From contig CBDATQ010000002.1 in assembly GCA_965199955.1 (NCBI GenBank), positions 517,694-581,693 of the forward strand: DNA of 64,000 bases. Direction: 5' to 3'. Made by a program: the position numbers and the translations under genes. Below the pieces are notes generated by a model, which made no database searches, was not told the origin of the DNA, and was given only the letters and a program-made list of their open reading frames with translations. This document shows positions 16,802 to 26,397 of this stretch, piece after piece. The number at the start of each line of letters is the position of its first letter. Position 1 is the stretch's first letter. This stretch comes from Spirochaetia bacterium (GTDB taxonomy: Bacteria > Spirochaetota > Spirochaetia > SZUA-6 > Bin103).

Positions 16802-18055
16802 TCACAGCCACCCGGCGACCGTCCAGAACACGCCTTCGCGCCCGAACGAGCGGTCGAGCAGGCGCGCCGCGTCAGTCGTCGGGTCGGCCCCGTAGGTTTC
16901 CACGTACCGCTCGTGCAGCCGCCGTTCCAGCTCGGTCTGCTCCACCAGGGGCAGATCCAGCCAGCGTGACCCCTGCAGCGCGCTCTCGCGCGCGGCGATC
17001 CATACCTCCAGGTCCTTGCGCGCTTCCGCCGCCCCGTACTCCGGCGCGCCGTCCTCGGTCACCGCCCGGTGCAGGCTGGAGAGAATCGACGCCTTGGCGA
17101 CGTCGTCGTGCGCGGAGAGCCCGCTGCCGATCCCGTGGCCGGCGAAGGGGTTCTCCCAGACCACCGGCGGGTCGGTGTCCACGCGGACCGCCGTCAGGAC
17201 CTGCCCGTCTCCGGCCTGCTCGTGCACGTCGACGAACGGGTAGCGCTCCGCCTTGCCGTCGCGGTAGAGCACCAGCTCGTCGGACGTCATTCCGTTGCCG
17301 GCGAGGTAGCCGCCGGTGCCCTCGATGTCCCAGTGGCTGCCGCGCGCGCCCCCCGGCGGCATCTCGTAGAGGCAGGTCACGTCGCCTTCATGCTCGACGA
17401 CGCCGCTTTCCCACCAGCGCGTGGTCTGCCGTGCGCCACCGTAGGTGGCGAAGGGGGGGACCTGCAGCTCCTGGGCGTACCCGAGCACCCGCCTCGGATC
17501 GAGGCCCATCGCCTTGCGCACGCCGTTGAAGCCGTGATAGCTGCCGGACGCGTACCAGAGCCGGGCGTGGTTGAGCGTTCCCGGCAATCCCTGCTCGACG
17601 ATCAGGCGCTTCAGCCGCTCGCGCGGCCAGCGCCAGACGTTCTCGGCGATCTCCCAGCGCAGGTTGCGCTCCTCGCACGAGCGGCGGAGGTAGTCGCCGT
17701 GGGCGAGGGTGTCGCCGTAGGGGATCTCGGTGATGAGGTGACAGCCGTGCTCGACGGCGGCCAGCGCCACGACGATCTGGCCGTCGGTCGGCACCAGGAC
17801 GAAGACGACGTCGGGCGCCTCGGCCTCGAGCATCTCCGTCACGTTGTCGTAGAGCTTCTGCACGCCGAAGAGATCGCCGGCGGTGCGCAGCGCCTCGGCT
17901 CCGCTGTCGCACAGGGCGCACAGGTCGTAGCGGTCGGCGAGCTGCGTCAGGACCGCCAGGTAGCCGCGTGCCCGGGAGTGCTCGTAGGTGCCGACGCCGA
18001 CGACGGCGATGCGCAGCCGCTGCGCGCCGTTACCTGCGATCCGGCTACCCGCCAC
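16802..18055 (-). CDS. Gfo/Idh/MocA family oxidoreductase
   Basis: N-terminal LRIAVVGVGTYEH Rossmann segment and family C-terminal domain. Confidence 0.85.
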   Translation of the reverse strand: MAGSRIAGNGAQRLRIAVVGVGTYEHSRARGYLAVLTQLADRYDLCALCDSGAEALRTAGDLFGVQKLYDNVTEMLEAEAPDVVFVLVPTDGQIVVALAAVEHGCHLITEIPYGDTLAHGDYLRRSCEERNLRWEIAENVWRWPRERLKRLIVEQGLPGTLNHARLWYASGSYHGFNGVRKAMGLDPRRVLGYAQELQVPPFATYGGARQTTRWWESGVVEHEGDVTCLYEMPPGGARGSHWDIEGTGGYLAGNGMTSDELVLYRDGKAERYPFVDVHEQAGDGQVLTAVRVDTDPPVVWENPFAGHGIGSGLSAHDDVAKASILSSLHRAVTEDGAPEYGAAEARKDLEVWIAARESALQGSRWLDLPLVEQTELERRLHERYVETYGADPTTDAARLLDRSFGREGVFWTVAGWL

Positions 18056-18932
18056 CCGCGCACTCGGCCAGGAAGGCGTCGTGCAGGGGCACCAGCGGCG
18101 AGAGAGACGCGTCGGTCTCCGTGACCTGGAAGCGAGCCCGCACCGTGCGCCCGGAGCCGGGCACCAGGTCTTCGCCGAACAGCGACAAGTACAGCGGGTT
18201 CTGGTCCTTGAAGTGATCGGCCAGGTTGGGGGTGTCGTAGCCGGAGATCACCGCGTAGCAGTCCTCGGGGTTTGACATGAGCACCGCGGCCACGCGGTTG
18301 GCGGGATCGGTCTGGCACATCAGCGGCCGCGCATAGAACCGCTGGGGGTTCCACTGGTAGGTGCCTCAGATGCGGTCCCAGCGGCCGTCGGTCGAGCGGC
18401 GAGCCGCGTGCTGGTCGCGCGCGAACACCAGTCCGGTGCCCACGAACACGTCGCTCAGGACCGGGGCGATCCACTGGTCCTGGTCAGGCGGATCGGCGAA
18501 CTGGCTGCCCGCCACGAAGACGTGCGGCACTATCGACGTGACGAAGTAGCTCGACAGGAAGACCTCGTAGGCGGGATAGGGCCAGTGGGAGCGAACCGTG
18601 ACCTGAAGGTCGATGATGTTGGGCTCCTTGACGTGATAGGTCGCCGTCAGATCGGCCTTGTGCTCCTCGTTCGGCTCGAAGCGGACCTCCAGGGAATCGC
18701 CGTCGGCGCGGACCGACCGCTCCAGCAGGCGCGCCTGGCCCATCCAGTGGTTGGTCGAGAACAGCAGGAAGAGGTTGAAGACGTCGAACTTCGGGTGCAC
18801 GACCTGGATGCCGGTGGGCTTGTGCAGGACCTCCTTGACGCCGTGGCGCTCACCGTGGGGCTGGATGAACCCGCACAACTCCTCCGTCTCGAACTCCCAC
18901 ACGTCGTTGCCCGCAGCGTGGATGAGCGCCAT
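18045..18932 (-). pseudogene. conserved hypothetical protein interrupted by one in-frame TGA (nonsense, read-through or selenocysteine candidate)
   Basis: ORFs 18366..18932 and 18045..18320 are in the same frame, separated only by TGA at 18366-18368. The 45 nt between them read GTYQWNPQRFYARPL with no stop. Composition is protein-like throughout. Confidence 0.4.
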
Positions 18933-19063
18933 GGTGTTCCTCCAAGGGTGGCTTCGTGTCGTCGAAGACGGAAAGTATTCGAGCGCAAGCCGGTTGGAAT
19001 CAAGGGAGTGGTGCGCCCTGTCGGCTGCTTGAGCGCCGACGGCTCCGGGTCGAGAATAGGCCG

Positions 19064-20614
19064 ATGATCAGGCGCAGGCTGCCAATCGGCATGCAAACCT
19101 TCCGCACGCTGCGGGAGGCGAATGCCTACTACGTCGACAAGACGCCGTACATCCGCCGGCTGCTGGACGAGGGCACGCACTACTTCCTGTCGCGTCCGCG
19201 GCGGTTCGGCAAGAGCCTGTTCCTGGACACGCTGAAGGAGGTCTTCCAGGGCAACGAGGAGCTGTTCGAAGGGCTCTACATCCACGATCACCACGACTGG
19301 TCGAAGCGCCACCCGGTGGTTCGGCTGAGCTTCGGCGGCGGGAACTTCAAGGATCCCGACCTGCTGGAGGCCAACGTCATGGAGCAGCTCGCCGCCGCCG
19401 AACGGCGGATGGGGGTGGTCCCCGAGTACCTGACGGCGCCGGGCCGCTTCGCCTTTCTCCTGGAAGCCCTGCACGGGCAGGCGGGACGGCGGGTCGCGGT
19501 GCTGGTGGACGAGTACGACAAGCCGATCCTGGACGCGCTGGTGGACGCGCCGGACGTGGCTCGCGCCAACCGGGACTTCCTGCGCGGGCTGTACGGGGTG
19601 ATCAAGGACTGCGACGCGCACGTTCGGTTCACGTTTCTTACCGGGATCAGCAAGTTCTCGAAGGTGAACCTGTTCTCGCAACTGAACAACCTCACCGACC
19701 TCACGCTGGATCCGGTCTACTCGTCGATCTGCGGCTACACCGAAGCCGACCTGGACACGGTGTTGTCGCCGGAGCTCGAGGGGCTGGACCGCGAGCGGGT
19801 GCGCGAGTGGTACAACGGCTATAGCTGGCTGGGCGCCGAGAAGGTGTACAACCCGTACGACGTGCTGCTGTTGCTGCGCCGCCGCCGGTTCGCGGCCCAT
19901 TGGTTCGAGACCGGCACCCCGGCGTTTCTGGTGGATACTCTGTTCGAGCGCCAAGTGGCGTCGGTGTCTCTGGACCAGACCGTGAGCACTGAGGAACTGT
20001 TATCGACGTTCGATGTGGGAAAGATCGGCACGGAGGCGCTGCTGTTCCAGACCGGCTATCTGACGATCACCGGAGAAGAGGAGCTGGGAGGAGAACCGCT
20101 GTATCGGCTGGGCTACCCAAATCGGGAGGTGCGCCAGAGCCTGAACCGGGTACTGCTGAGTCAACTCGTGCAGGACGTGGAACAGCAGACGGCGAACAGC
20201 ATGCGGCTGCAACGCCTGCTTGCCGCGCACGACAGCGCGGGGCTGCAGGAGCTGTTCCACGCGTTCTTCGCGAGCATTCCCTACGAGTGGCACACGAGCA
20301 ACGACATCGCCAATTACGAGGGCTACTACGCGAGCGTGTTCTACTCGTATTTCGCGGCGCTGGGGTACGAGATCGTCGTGGAGGAGTCGAGCAGCCACGG
20401 CCGCCTGGACATGGCGGTGCGCACCGCCGGGCACGTGTACCTGTTCGAGTTCAAGGTGGTGGAGATGGCGCCGCGGGGGTCGGCGCTCGCCCAGTTGCAG
20501 GAGCGGGACTACGCGGCCAGGTACCGGGGTGCAGGCGAGCCGATCCACCTGATCGGGGTGGAGTTCAGCCGCGAGACGCGCAACGTCACGGCATTCCAGG
20601 TGGCCGACGGCTGA
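19064..20614 (+). CDS. AAA-ATPase-like / PD-(D/E)XK (DUF1703-type) family protein
   Basis: N-terminus MIRRRLPIGMQTFRTLREANAYYVDKTPYIRRLLDEGTHYFLSRPRRFGKSLFL is the hallmark of the AAA-ATPase_like + PDDEXK_9 family. Start set at the internal M. Confidence 0.75.
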   Translation: MIRRRLPIGMQTFRTLREANAYYVDKTPYIRRLLDEGTHYFLSRPRRFGKSLFLDTLKEVFQGNEELFEGLYIHDHHDWSKRHPVVRLSFGGGNFKDPDLLEANVMEQLAAAERRMGVVPEYLTAPGRFAFLLEALHGQAGRRVAVLVDEYDKPILDALVDAPDVARANRDFLRGLYGVIKDCDAHVRFTFLTGISKFSKVNLFSQLNNLTDLTLDPVYSSICGYTEADLDTVLSPELEGLDRERVREWYNGYSWLGAEKVYNPYDVLLLLRRRRFAAHWFETGTPAFLVDTLFERQVASVSLDQTVSTEELLSTFDVGKIGTEALLFQTGYLTITGEEELGGEPLYRLGYPNREVRQSLNRVLLSQLVQDVEQQTANSMRLQRLLAAHDSAGLQELFHAFFASIPYEWHTSNDIANYEGYYASVFYSYFAALGYEIVVEESSSHGRLDMAVRTAGHVYLFEFKVVEMAPRGSALAQLQERDYAARYRGAGEPIHLIGVEFSRETRNVTAFQVADG

Positions 20615-20646
20615 CCCATGACTGCGATGGGGGCTCGGTGGACAGG

Positions 20647-21216
20647 ATGAGCGGTGAGGATGTTTCCCCGGCGTGCCCGGTGCCGGAGTACGAGCCACAG
20701 CAGCTCAGCATGAGCATGGGCCGGGACCGGCTGCCCGGGCTCTGCGGGACGCGGGTGCCCGACGGGTATCTGCTGCGAGGGTGCCGGGCGAGCGACAGCG
20801 ATGGCATCGCGGGCGTGCTGGACGCCGGCGGCTTCCAGGGATGGACGACAGCGAGGGTCGCCGACTACCTGGCGGAGCCCGAGCGCCGTGATGGGACGCG
20901 CGTCGTCGCCTGCGGCACCCGGATCGTCGCCTCCACCTTTGCCTCCTGGCAGGAACTGGGCCACATCGGCGTGCTGGACTACGTGGCGTGTCACCCCGAC
21001 CACCGCGGGCGGGGGCTCGGCCGCGCGGTGTGCCTGGGCGTGCTCGGGTTCTTCGCGCGGCGCGGCTACGAGTCGGTGACACTTACGACCGACGACGTCA
21101 GGCTGCCGGCGATCGCCCTCTACCTGTCGCTGGGCTTCGCGCCGGACATGACGCGCGACGACATGCCGGGCCGCTGGGAGAAGATCATGCGCCAGCTCGA
21201 AGCGAAGGGCCGATGA
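20647..21216 (+). CDS. GNAT family N-acetyltransferase
   Basis: ...VLDYVACHPDHRGRGLGRAVCLGVLGFFARRGYESVTLTTD... is acetyl-CoA-binding motif A of GNATs. Confidence 0.65.
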   Translation: MSGEDVSPACPVPEYEPQQLSMSMGRDRLPGLCGTRVPDGYLLRGCRASDSDGIAGVLDAGGFQGWTTARVADYLAEPERRDGTRVVACGTRIVASTFASWQELGHIGVLDYVACHPDHRGRGLGRAVCLGVLGFFARRGYESVTLTTDDVRLPAIALYLSLGFAPDMTRDDMPGRWEKIMRQLEAKGR

Positions 21217-22328
21217 GCGCGCTGGAAGCCGTCAGCGTCGGGATCGTCGGCGCGGCCGGCCGGGGCGGCCGGCTCCGCCACGCGTTCGAGCTGCTGGACG
21301 CGGTGCGGATCACGGCGGTGTGCGATATCGACGCCGAGGGGCTGGAGCGCGCGCGGCACGAGCTCAGTGCGTCCGAGGCGTACCTGGACTACAGCGAGAT
21401 GATCGAGCGTTCGGAGCTGGACGCGGTCATCATAGGCACGCCGATGCCCCTGCACGCGTCGCAGGCGATCGCGGCGCTGGAGCGCGACGTGCACGTGCTG
21501 AGCGAGGTCCCCGCGGCGGTTTCGATCGACGAATGCCGGCGCCTGGTGCGCGCGTGCCGCACCAGCCGGGCGAGCTACATGCTCGGCGAGAACGTCACCT
21601 ACACGCGTCCCAACATGATCGTGCGGGAGATGGTGCGCAGGGGCGAGTTCGGCGCCCCGTACTATGCCGAGGGCGAGTACCTGCACGAGCTCAAGGGCCT
21701 GAACGAGGTCACCACGTGGCGGCGGCGGTGGCAGACCGGGATCAACGGGGTGACCTACGGGACCCACAGCCTGGGGCCGATCCTGCAGTGGATGCCCGGC
21801 GACCGGGTGATGAGCGTGTGCTGCGCGGGCAGCGGCCATCACTACCGCGACCCGCGCGGCGACGAGTACGAGAACGAGGATTCCTGCGTGATGTTGTGCC
21901 GCATGCGCTCGGGCGGGCTGGTGAAGATCCGGGTGGACATGCTCTCGGACCGGCCGCACTCCATGATGAACTTCCAGCTCCAGGGCACCGACGGCTGCTA
22001 CGAGTCCGCCCGCGCCCCCGGCGAACGGGACCGCGTCTGGCTGCGGTCGTGCTCACCGGACGCCAACACGTGGCTGGACCTGGATGAGATGGCCGGGGCG
22101 TTCCTGCCGGAGGCGTGGCGCGTCCACGGCGAGCTGGCGCGCACGGCCGGCCACGGCGGCGGCGACCTCCTGGAGATCCTGGACTGGGTGCATGCGATCC
22201 GCACCGGCACGCCGCCGCGGACCGGCATCGACGAGGCGATGGACATGACCATCCCCGGCCTGGTCAGCCAGCAGTCCATCGCCGAGGACGGACGCTGGCT
22301 TACGGTCCCCGATTCCCGGGAGTGGTGA
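21213..22328 (+). CDS. Gfo/Idh/MocA family oxidoreductase
   Basis: Starts MSALEAVSVGIVGAAGRGG, overlapping the GNAT stop (ATGA). Confidence 0.85.
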   Translation: MSALEAVSVGIVGAAGRGGRLRHAFELLDAVRITAVCDIDAEGLERARHELSASEAYLDYSEMIERSELDAVIIGTPMPLHASQAIAALERDVHVLSEVPAAVSIDECRRLVRACRTSRASYMLGENVTYTRPNMIVREMVRRGEFGAPYYAEGEYLHELKGLNEVTTWRRRWQTGINGVTYGTHSLGPILQWMPGDRVMSVCCAGSGHHYRDPRGDEYENEDSCVMLCRMRSGGLVKIRVDMLSDRPHSMMNFQLQGTDGCYESARAPGERDRVWLRSCSPDANTWLDLDEMAGAFLPEAWRVHGELARTAGHGGGDLLEILDWVHAIRTGTPPRTGIDEAMDMTIPGLVSQQSIAEDGRWLTVPDSREW

Positions 22329-22329
22329 G

Positions 22330-22800
22330 CGAGGGCTCGCGCAGCTCCTCCACCACGTCCGCAAGACGCCCGCGGAGAAAGCGCATCGTCCCCAGATCGT
22401 CTTCGGCACCGACGGCATCACCGTGCCGAACGACAGATCGATGTCCGTGCACGGCCAGTAGGACCAGCTGAGCGCGGTCGCGTGGGGTGAGCTGATCGCC
22501 ACGGTGCCGTGGTAGGGGCCCGCCGGCTCGATGTTCCCGGCCATCGCGTCCGTGTCGAAGGCGAAGGCGCCGGTCGCGCGATCCGGCTTCAGCTCGAACA
22601 TGGCTCCGTCTACCCCGGACCGATGCGCAGGCGGCTTCGCGTGAGTGGCGCATCGGCGCGCAGCGCGAATCCTCCCCACGCGATGCGGGTCGCCTCCACC
22701 GCGTACAGGTAGTCGAGCGTCCCTCCATTCCCTGTGCAGAGCACGGCGACCGCTCCGTCGGTCGCGAGTTCGCCGTACCGGGCTGGATGCTTACACGGTG
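22330..22800 (-). pseudogene. possible decayed gene (two protein-like frame segments, unidentified)
   Basis: Minus-strand ORFs 22610..22939 (...GELATDGAVAVLCTGNGGTLDYLYAVEATRIAWGGFALRADAP...) and 22330..22679 (...MFELKPDRATGAFAFDTDAMAGNIEPAGPYHGTVAISSPHATALSWSYWPCTDIDLSFGTV...) are protein-like but in different frames. Confidence 0.2.
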
Positions 22801-22899
22801 TCCGCCGGCCGGTAGAGTAGAGGCAGGGAGCGACGATCACCGTCGGAAACCAGGAACGAACAGAACCACGCGTAGAGTTGAGAGATACGGAGAACACCC

Positions 22900-23535
22900 G
22901 TGGCTGATGCGGATCGAGAGAGGGGACGAGGACCGGCAACCCCGCAGGAGATCTGGAACATCTTGCGCGCGGTGTCGGACAGCCAGAGAGAGACCGATCG
23001 GCGCATGCAGGAGACGGATCGGCGGATGCAGGAGACCGATCAACTGCTGAAGCGACAAGGACAGGAGACCGACCGGCGCCTGCGCAAGCTGGATGAGCTG
23101 TTCAACGGTCAGTGGGGAAAGCTGATGGAAGCCCTGGTCGAGGGCGATCTCATCGCACTGCTCAGACAGCGTGGAATCGAAGTCGAGCGTACGATGACCA
23201 ACCTGAAGAAGCGCGGCGGCGCGCGGGAGTGGGAACTGGACATCGTGGCGTTGAACGGTGCGGAGGTCGTGGCGGTGGAGATGAAGACCACCCTCAAGGT
23301 GCGCGACGTCGATCACCTGTTGGGGCTGTTGCGCGACTTCCAGGATCTGGCCCCGGAGTTTTCCGGCAAGCGGGTGTATGGGGCCGTCGCCTATCTGAAG
23401 GCCGATCAATCCTCGGACGTTCATGCGGAACGGCAGGGCCTGTACGTGATTCGAGCGACCGGCAGCAGCGCCAGCATCACCAATCGCGAGGACTTCCGGC
23501 CGCGCGTGTTCGGGCCGAGTGCGGGACCTCGTTGA
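22900..23535 (+). CDS. coiled-coil + PD-(D/E)XK nuclease-fold protein (DUF3782-like)
   Basis: The N-terminal part has tandem heptads ETDRRMQ/ETDRRMQ/ETDQLLK (21-bp tandem repeat at ~22996-23040). The C-terminal part has ...ELDIVALNGAEVVAVEMKTTLKV..., an E-x-D...E-x-K pattern typical of the restriction-endonuclease-like fold. Confidence 0.4.
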   Translation: MADADRERGRGPATPQEIWNILRAVSDSQRETDRRMQETDRRMQETDQLLKRQGQETDRRLRKLDELFNGQWGKLMEALVEGDLIALLRQRGIEVERTMTNLKKRGGAREWELDIVALNGAEVVAVEMKTTLKVRDVDHLLGLLRDFQDLAPEFSGKRVYGAVAYLKADQSSDVHAERQGLYVIRATGSSASITNREDFRPRVFGPSAGPR

Positions 23536-23616
23536 CGTGCGCACGCTGCCGGCCGGTGCGTCGGTCTGGTTCTGCGGAGACTTGACACCGGGTCCTGGTC
23601 TACGCTGGGGCGCGCC

Positions 23617-24627
23617 ATGATGAGGATCTCGAGCGGCGGCGGGGACCTCTCGGACAGCTCCCTGCGGCGCGCGATTCAGCTCGGTGTCGACTGCATCGAC
23701 CTGGGCTGTCCTCCCCTCGACCAACTGACCGCCGTCAAGAAGCGCATCCGGTCGTTCGGCCTGGACGTCAACCGCATCTCCCTGCCGGACATGAGCGCCG
23801 CCGTCATGCGCGGCGAGGACGGCTCCGGGAAGGAGCTGGACGCCGTCGAGCGCACCCTGCGCGCCTTCGGCGACGCGGGCTACCGGCTCACCTTTCAGCG
23901 CTTCGAGGGCAGCAACTTCAACCACCTGGTCACCTTCTACGAGTCCGAGCACCGCGGCGGCTACCGCGGAAGCGGCAAGAGCGTGTGGCTGACCGGCAGG
24001 CGTCCGCCCGAGCGGCCGGAGGAGGAGCTGCGCCAGGCGCGCATCGCCTACTGGCCTCACTTCGGCCACGACGAGCCGCCCCGCCGCGCCGAGCTCGACG
24101 CCTGGTGGGGGCAGTTCTGCCGCGCCTTCGAGCGGCTGGTGCCGATCGCCGAGGAGTACGAGATGCGAATCGGCGTCCATCCGGCCGACCTGCCCTTGGC
24201 AGACACTCCGTTCGGAACGCTGGGGTTCCACCGGGTGATCGACGCCTTCCCCAGCCGTAACGTCGGCTACCTCTACTGCTGCGGCACGCGCGCGGAGGCG
24301 GGCGGGTTGCCGCTGGTGCTGGAGGAGATCCACAACTACGGGCGGCAGGGACGCCTTTTCATGATCCATTTCCGCAACATCCGCGGCAGCCTGATGACCT
24401 CCAGCGCCTACGAGGAGGTGCTGCTGGATGACGGTGACATGAACATGTTCAAGATCCTGCTGGAGCTGCACCGGGCGGGATTCGACGGCTGCCTGAGTCC
24501 CGACCACATCTTCCGGCTGGAAGGCGATCCGGATGCCTCGACCGACCAGAATCGCGCGTACCAGGGGCTTGCCTTCTCGATCGGGTACCTGAAGGGGCTG
24601 CTCGCCGCGCTCGCGGTGGTGGGATAG
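23617..24627 (+). CDS. mannonate dehydratase (UxuA)-like TIM-barrel enzyme
   Basis: ...RIGVHPADLP..., ...LFMIHFRNIRG..., ...LLDDGDMNMFKILLELHRAGFDGCLSPDH... correspond to conserved UxuA blocks. Confidence 0.65.
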   Translation: MMRISSGGGDLSDSSLRRAIQLGVDCIDLGCPPLDQLTAVKKRIRSFGLDVNRISLPDMSAAVMRGEDGSGKELDAVERTLRAFGDAGYRLTFQRFEGSNFNHLVTFYESEHRGGYRGSGKSVWLTGRRPPERPEEELRQARIAYWPHFGHDEPPRRAELDAWWGQFCRAFERLVPIAEEYEMRIGVHPADLPLADTPFGTLGFHRVIDAFPSRNVGYLYCCGTRAEAGGLPLVLEEIHNYGRQGRLFMIHFRNIRGSLMTSSAYEEVLLDDGDMNMFKILLELHRAGFDGCLSPDHIFRLEGDPDASTDQNRAYQGLAFSIGYLKGLLAALAVVG

Positions 24628-24643
24628 GAGAGGGAGGAACCGC

Positions 24644-25813
24644 ATGAATGCCGATGAGATCTACCGGAAGCTGGGAGTGCCCGCGTCCGTCAATGCCGTG
24701 GGCACCGGCACGCTGGTCGGCGGCTCGGGCCCGCCCGACTTCGTGCGGGAGGCGATGGAGGCCGCGAGCGGGCGCTTCGTCAAGATGGACGATCTGCTGC
24801 GCGCCTGCGGTGACGCCATCGCCGCTCAGGTGGGCACCGAGGCCGCCTACATCTCCTGCGGCGGCGCCGCCGGCGTGACCCTGAGCGCCGCCGCCTGCAT
24901 TGCCGGCACCGACCCCGCGGCAATCCGCCGCCTGCCGGACGCCGAGGGACTGCGCAACGAGATCGTGGTGCAGAAGCGCCACTCCGACAGCTACGACCGC
25001 TGCCTGCGCGCCGCCGGGGCGCGGCTGGTCGAGGTGGGGCGTGAGGACGGCTGCGACGCCGCCGAGCTGGAGGCCGGCATCACCGGCGACACCGTGGCGA
25101 TCTGGTATCCCTGGCCGCCGCTGGGCGACCAGACCGGCCTCTACCCGGAGATGCCCGGCCCGGACGAGATCGTCCCGCTGGAGGAGGCGCACGCCATCGG
25201 CAGGCGCCGCGGCGTGCCCGTGATCGCCGACGCCGCCTCGGACATCTACCCGCTGGACTTCATGCGCCGGTGCGCGGCCGCCGGAGACCTGGTGGTGTTC
25301 GGCGGCAAGTACTTCGGCGGCCCCAACGCCAGCGGCTTCGTGTGCGGCGACCGCGGCCTGATCGAGGCGGTCGCCGCGCAGGGCTTCACCATGCCGGCCG
25401 GCACCATGGGCATCGGCCGCTCCATGAAGCTGGACCGCCAGCAGGTGATCGCCCTGACCGTCGCCGTCGAGCGCTGGTTCGCCACCGACCACGCCGCCCG
25501 CTTCGCCGCCATCGACCGCAGGCTCGTCGTGGTCGAGCAGGCGCTGCAAGGTCTCCCGCACGTCCGGCTGGAGCCGCACATGGTGACTCACGGATTCTAC
25601 GGCTCCTTCCTGGTCGTCGAGCTGGACACCGCGGCGCTCGGCAGGACGGCGCGGCAGATCGCCGAGGAGCTGTACGTCGGCGAGCCGTCGGTGCTGGTGC
25701 AGTCGCCCACCGAGTCCACGCTGTGGGTGTTCTTCTACACCGTCGAGGACGGCGAGGAGCGGATCATCGCCGACCGGATGCGTGCCGTGCTGGCCCAGGT
25801 GGTGAGCCGATGA
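24644..25813 (+). CDS. SelA-like/DgaE-like PLP-dependent enzyme
   Basis: 389-aa ORF with ...VVFGGKYFGGPNASGFVCG..., the lysine-containing block of SelA-like/D-glucosaminate-6-phosphate ammonia-lyase-like proteins. Confidence 0.6.
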   Translation: MNADEIYRKLGVPASVNAVGTGTLVGGSGPPDFVREAMEAASGRFVKMDDLLRACGDAIAAQVGTEAAYISCGGAAGVTLSAAACIAGTDPAAIRRLPDAEGLRNEIVVQKRHSDSYDRCLRAAGARLVEVGREDGCDAAELEAGITGDTVAIWYPWPPLGDQTGLYPEMPGPDEIVPLEEAHAIGRRRGVPVIADAASDIYPLDFMRRCAAAGDLVVFGGKYFGGPNASGFVCGDRGLIEAVAAQGFTMPAGTMGIGRSMKLDRQQVIALTVAVERWFATDHAARFAAIDRRLVVVEQALQGLPHVRLEPHMVTHGFYGSFLVVELDTAALGRTARQIAEELYVGEPSVLVQSPTESTLWVFFYTVEDGEERIIADRMRAVLAQVVSR

Positions 25814-26379
25814 TCCGACTCTCCATGGGGTCGGCGGACCTCTCCGACAGCTTCCTGCGCCGCATCGTCCAGCTCGGCGTCGACTGCGTCGACCTGGGCT
25901 GTCCGCCCCTCGACGGGCTGTCCGCTCTGAAGAAGCGCATCCGGTCGTTCGGGCTGGACGTCAACAGCGTGTTCCTGCCGGACATGAGCGCCGCCTTCAT
26001 GGGCGCTGAGGACGGCTCCGGGCAGGATCTGGAGGCCGTCGAGCGCACCCTGCGCGCCTACGGCGATGCCGGCCTGCGGCTCGTGTTCCAGCGTTACGAG
26101 GGCAACAACTTCAACCACCTGGTCACCTTCTACGAGTCGGTGCACCGCGGCGGCTACTGCGGAAGCGGCAAGATCGTGTGGCTGACCGGCCGGCGCCCGC
26201 CCGAGCGGCCTCAAGCGGAGCTGCGCCGGGTGGGCTTCGCCGGCTGCCTGAGCCCCGACCACGTCTTCCGGCTGGAAGGCGATCCGGATGCCTCGGCCGA
26301 CCAGACCCGCGCCTACCAGGGGCTGGCCTTCTCGATCGGCTACATGAAGGCGTTGCTCGCCGCGCTCGCTACGGTCTGA
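25810..26379 (+). pseudogene. truncated paralog of the upstream UxuA-like gene (in-frame internal deletion of ~150 aa)
   Basis: Start overlaps the upstream stop (ATGA). ~135 N-terminal aa and ~50 C-terminal aa are ~85% identical to 23617..24627 at nucleotide level. The central barrel segment is missing (...WLTGRRPPERPQAELRRVGFAGCLSPDH...). Confidence 0.55.
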
Positions 26380-26397
26380 CGGACGGTCCCGGCCGCC

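Noticed and set aside
20988-21212. Upstream extension of the third Gfo/Idh/MocA ORF, and extension 20287..20646 of the GNAT ORF
   Set aside because: The extensions overlap the preceding genes and are Arg-rich. Internal ATGs coincide with ATGA overlaps and family-typical N-termini.
24644-25813. Possibility that the SelA-like gene indicates a selenocysteine system that would decode the in-frame TGA at 18366
   Set aside because: The protein resembles the broader SelA-like/DgaE PLP family rather than bona fide SelA. No selB, selC or selD is in the window, and the hairpin after the TGA is too small for a typical bacterial SECIS. Kept only as a low-probability alternative within the finding.
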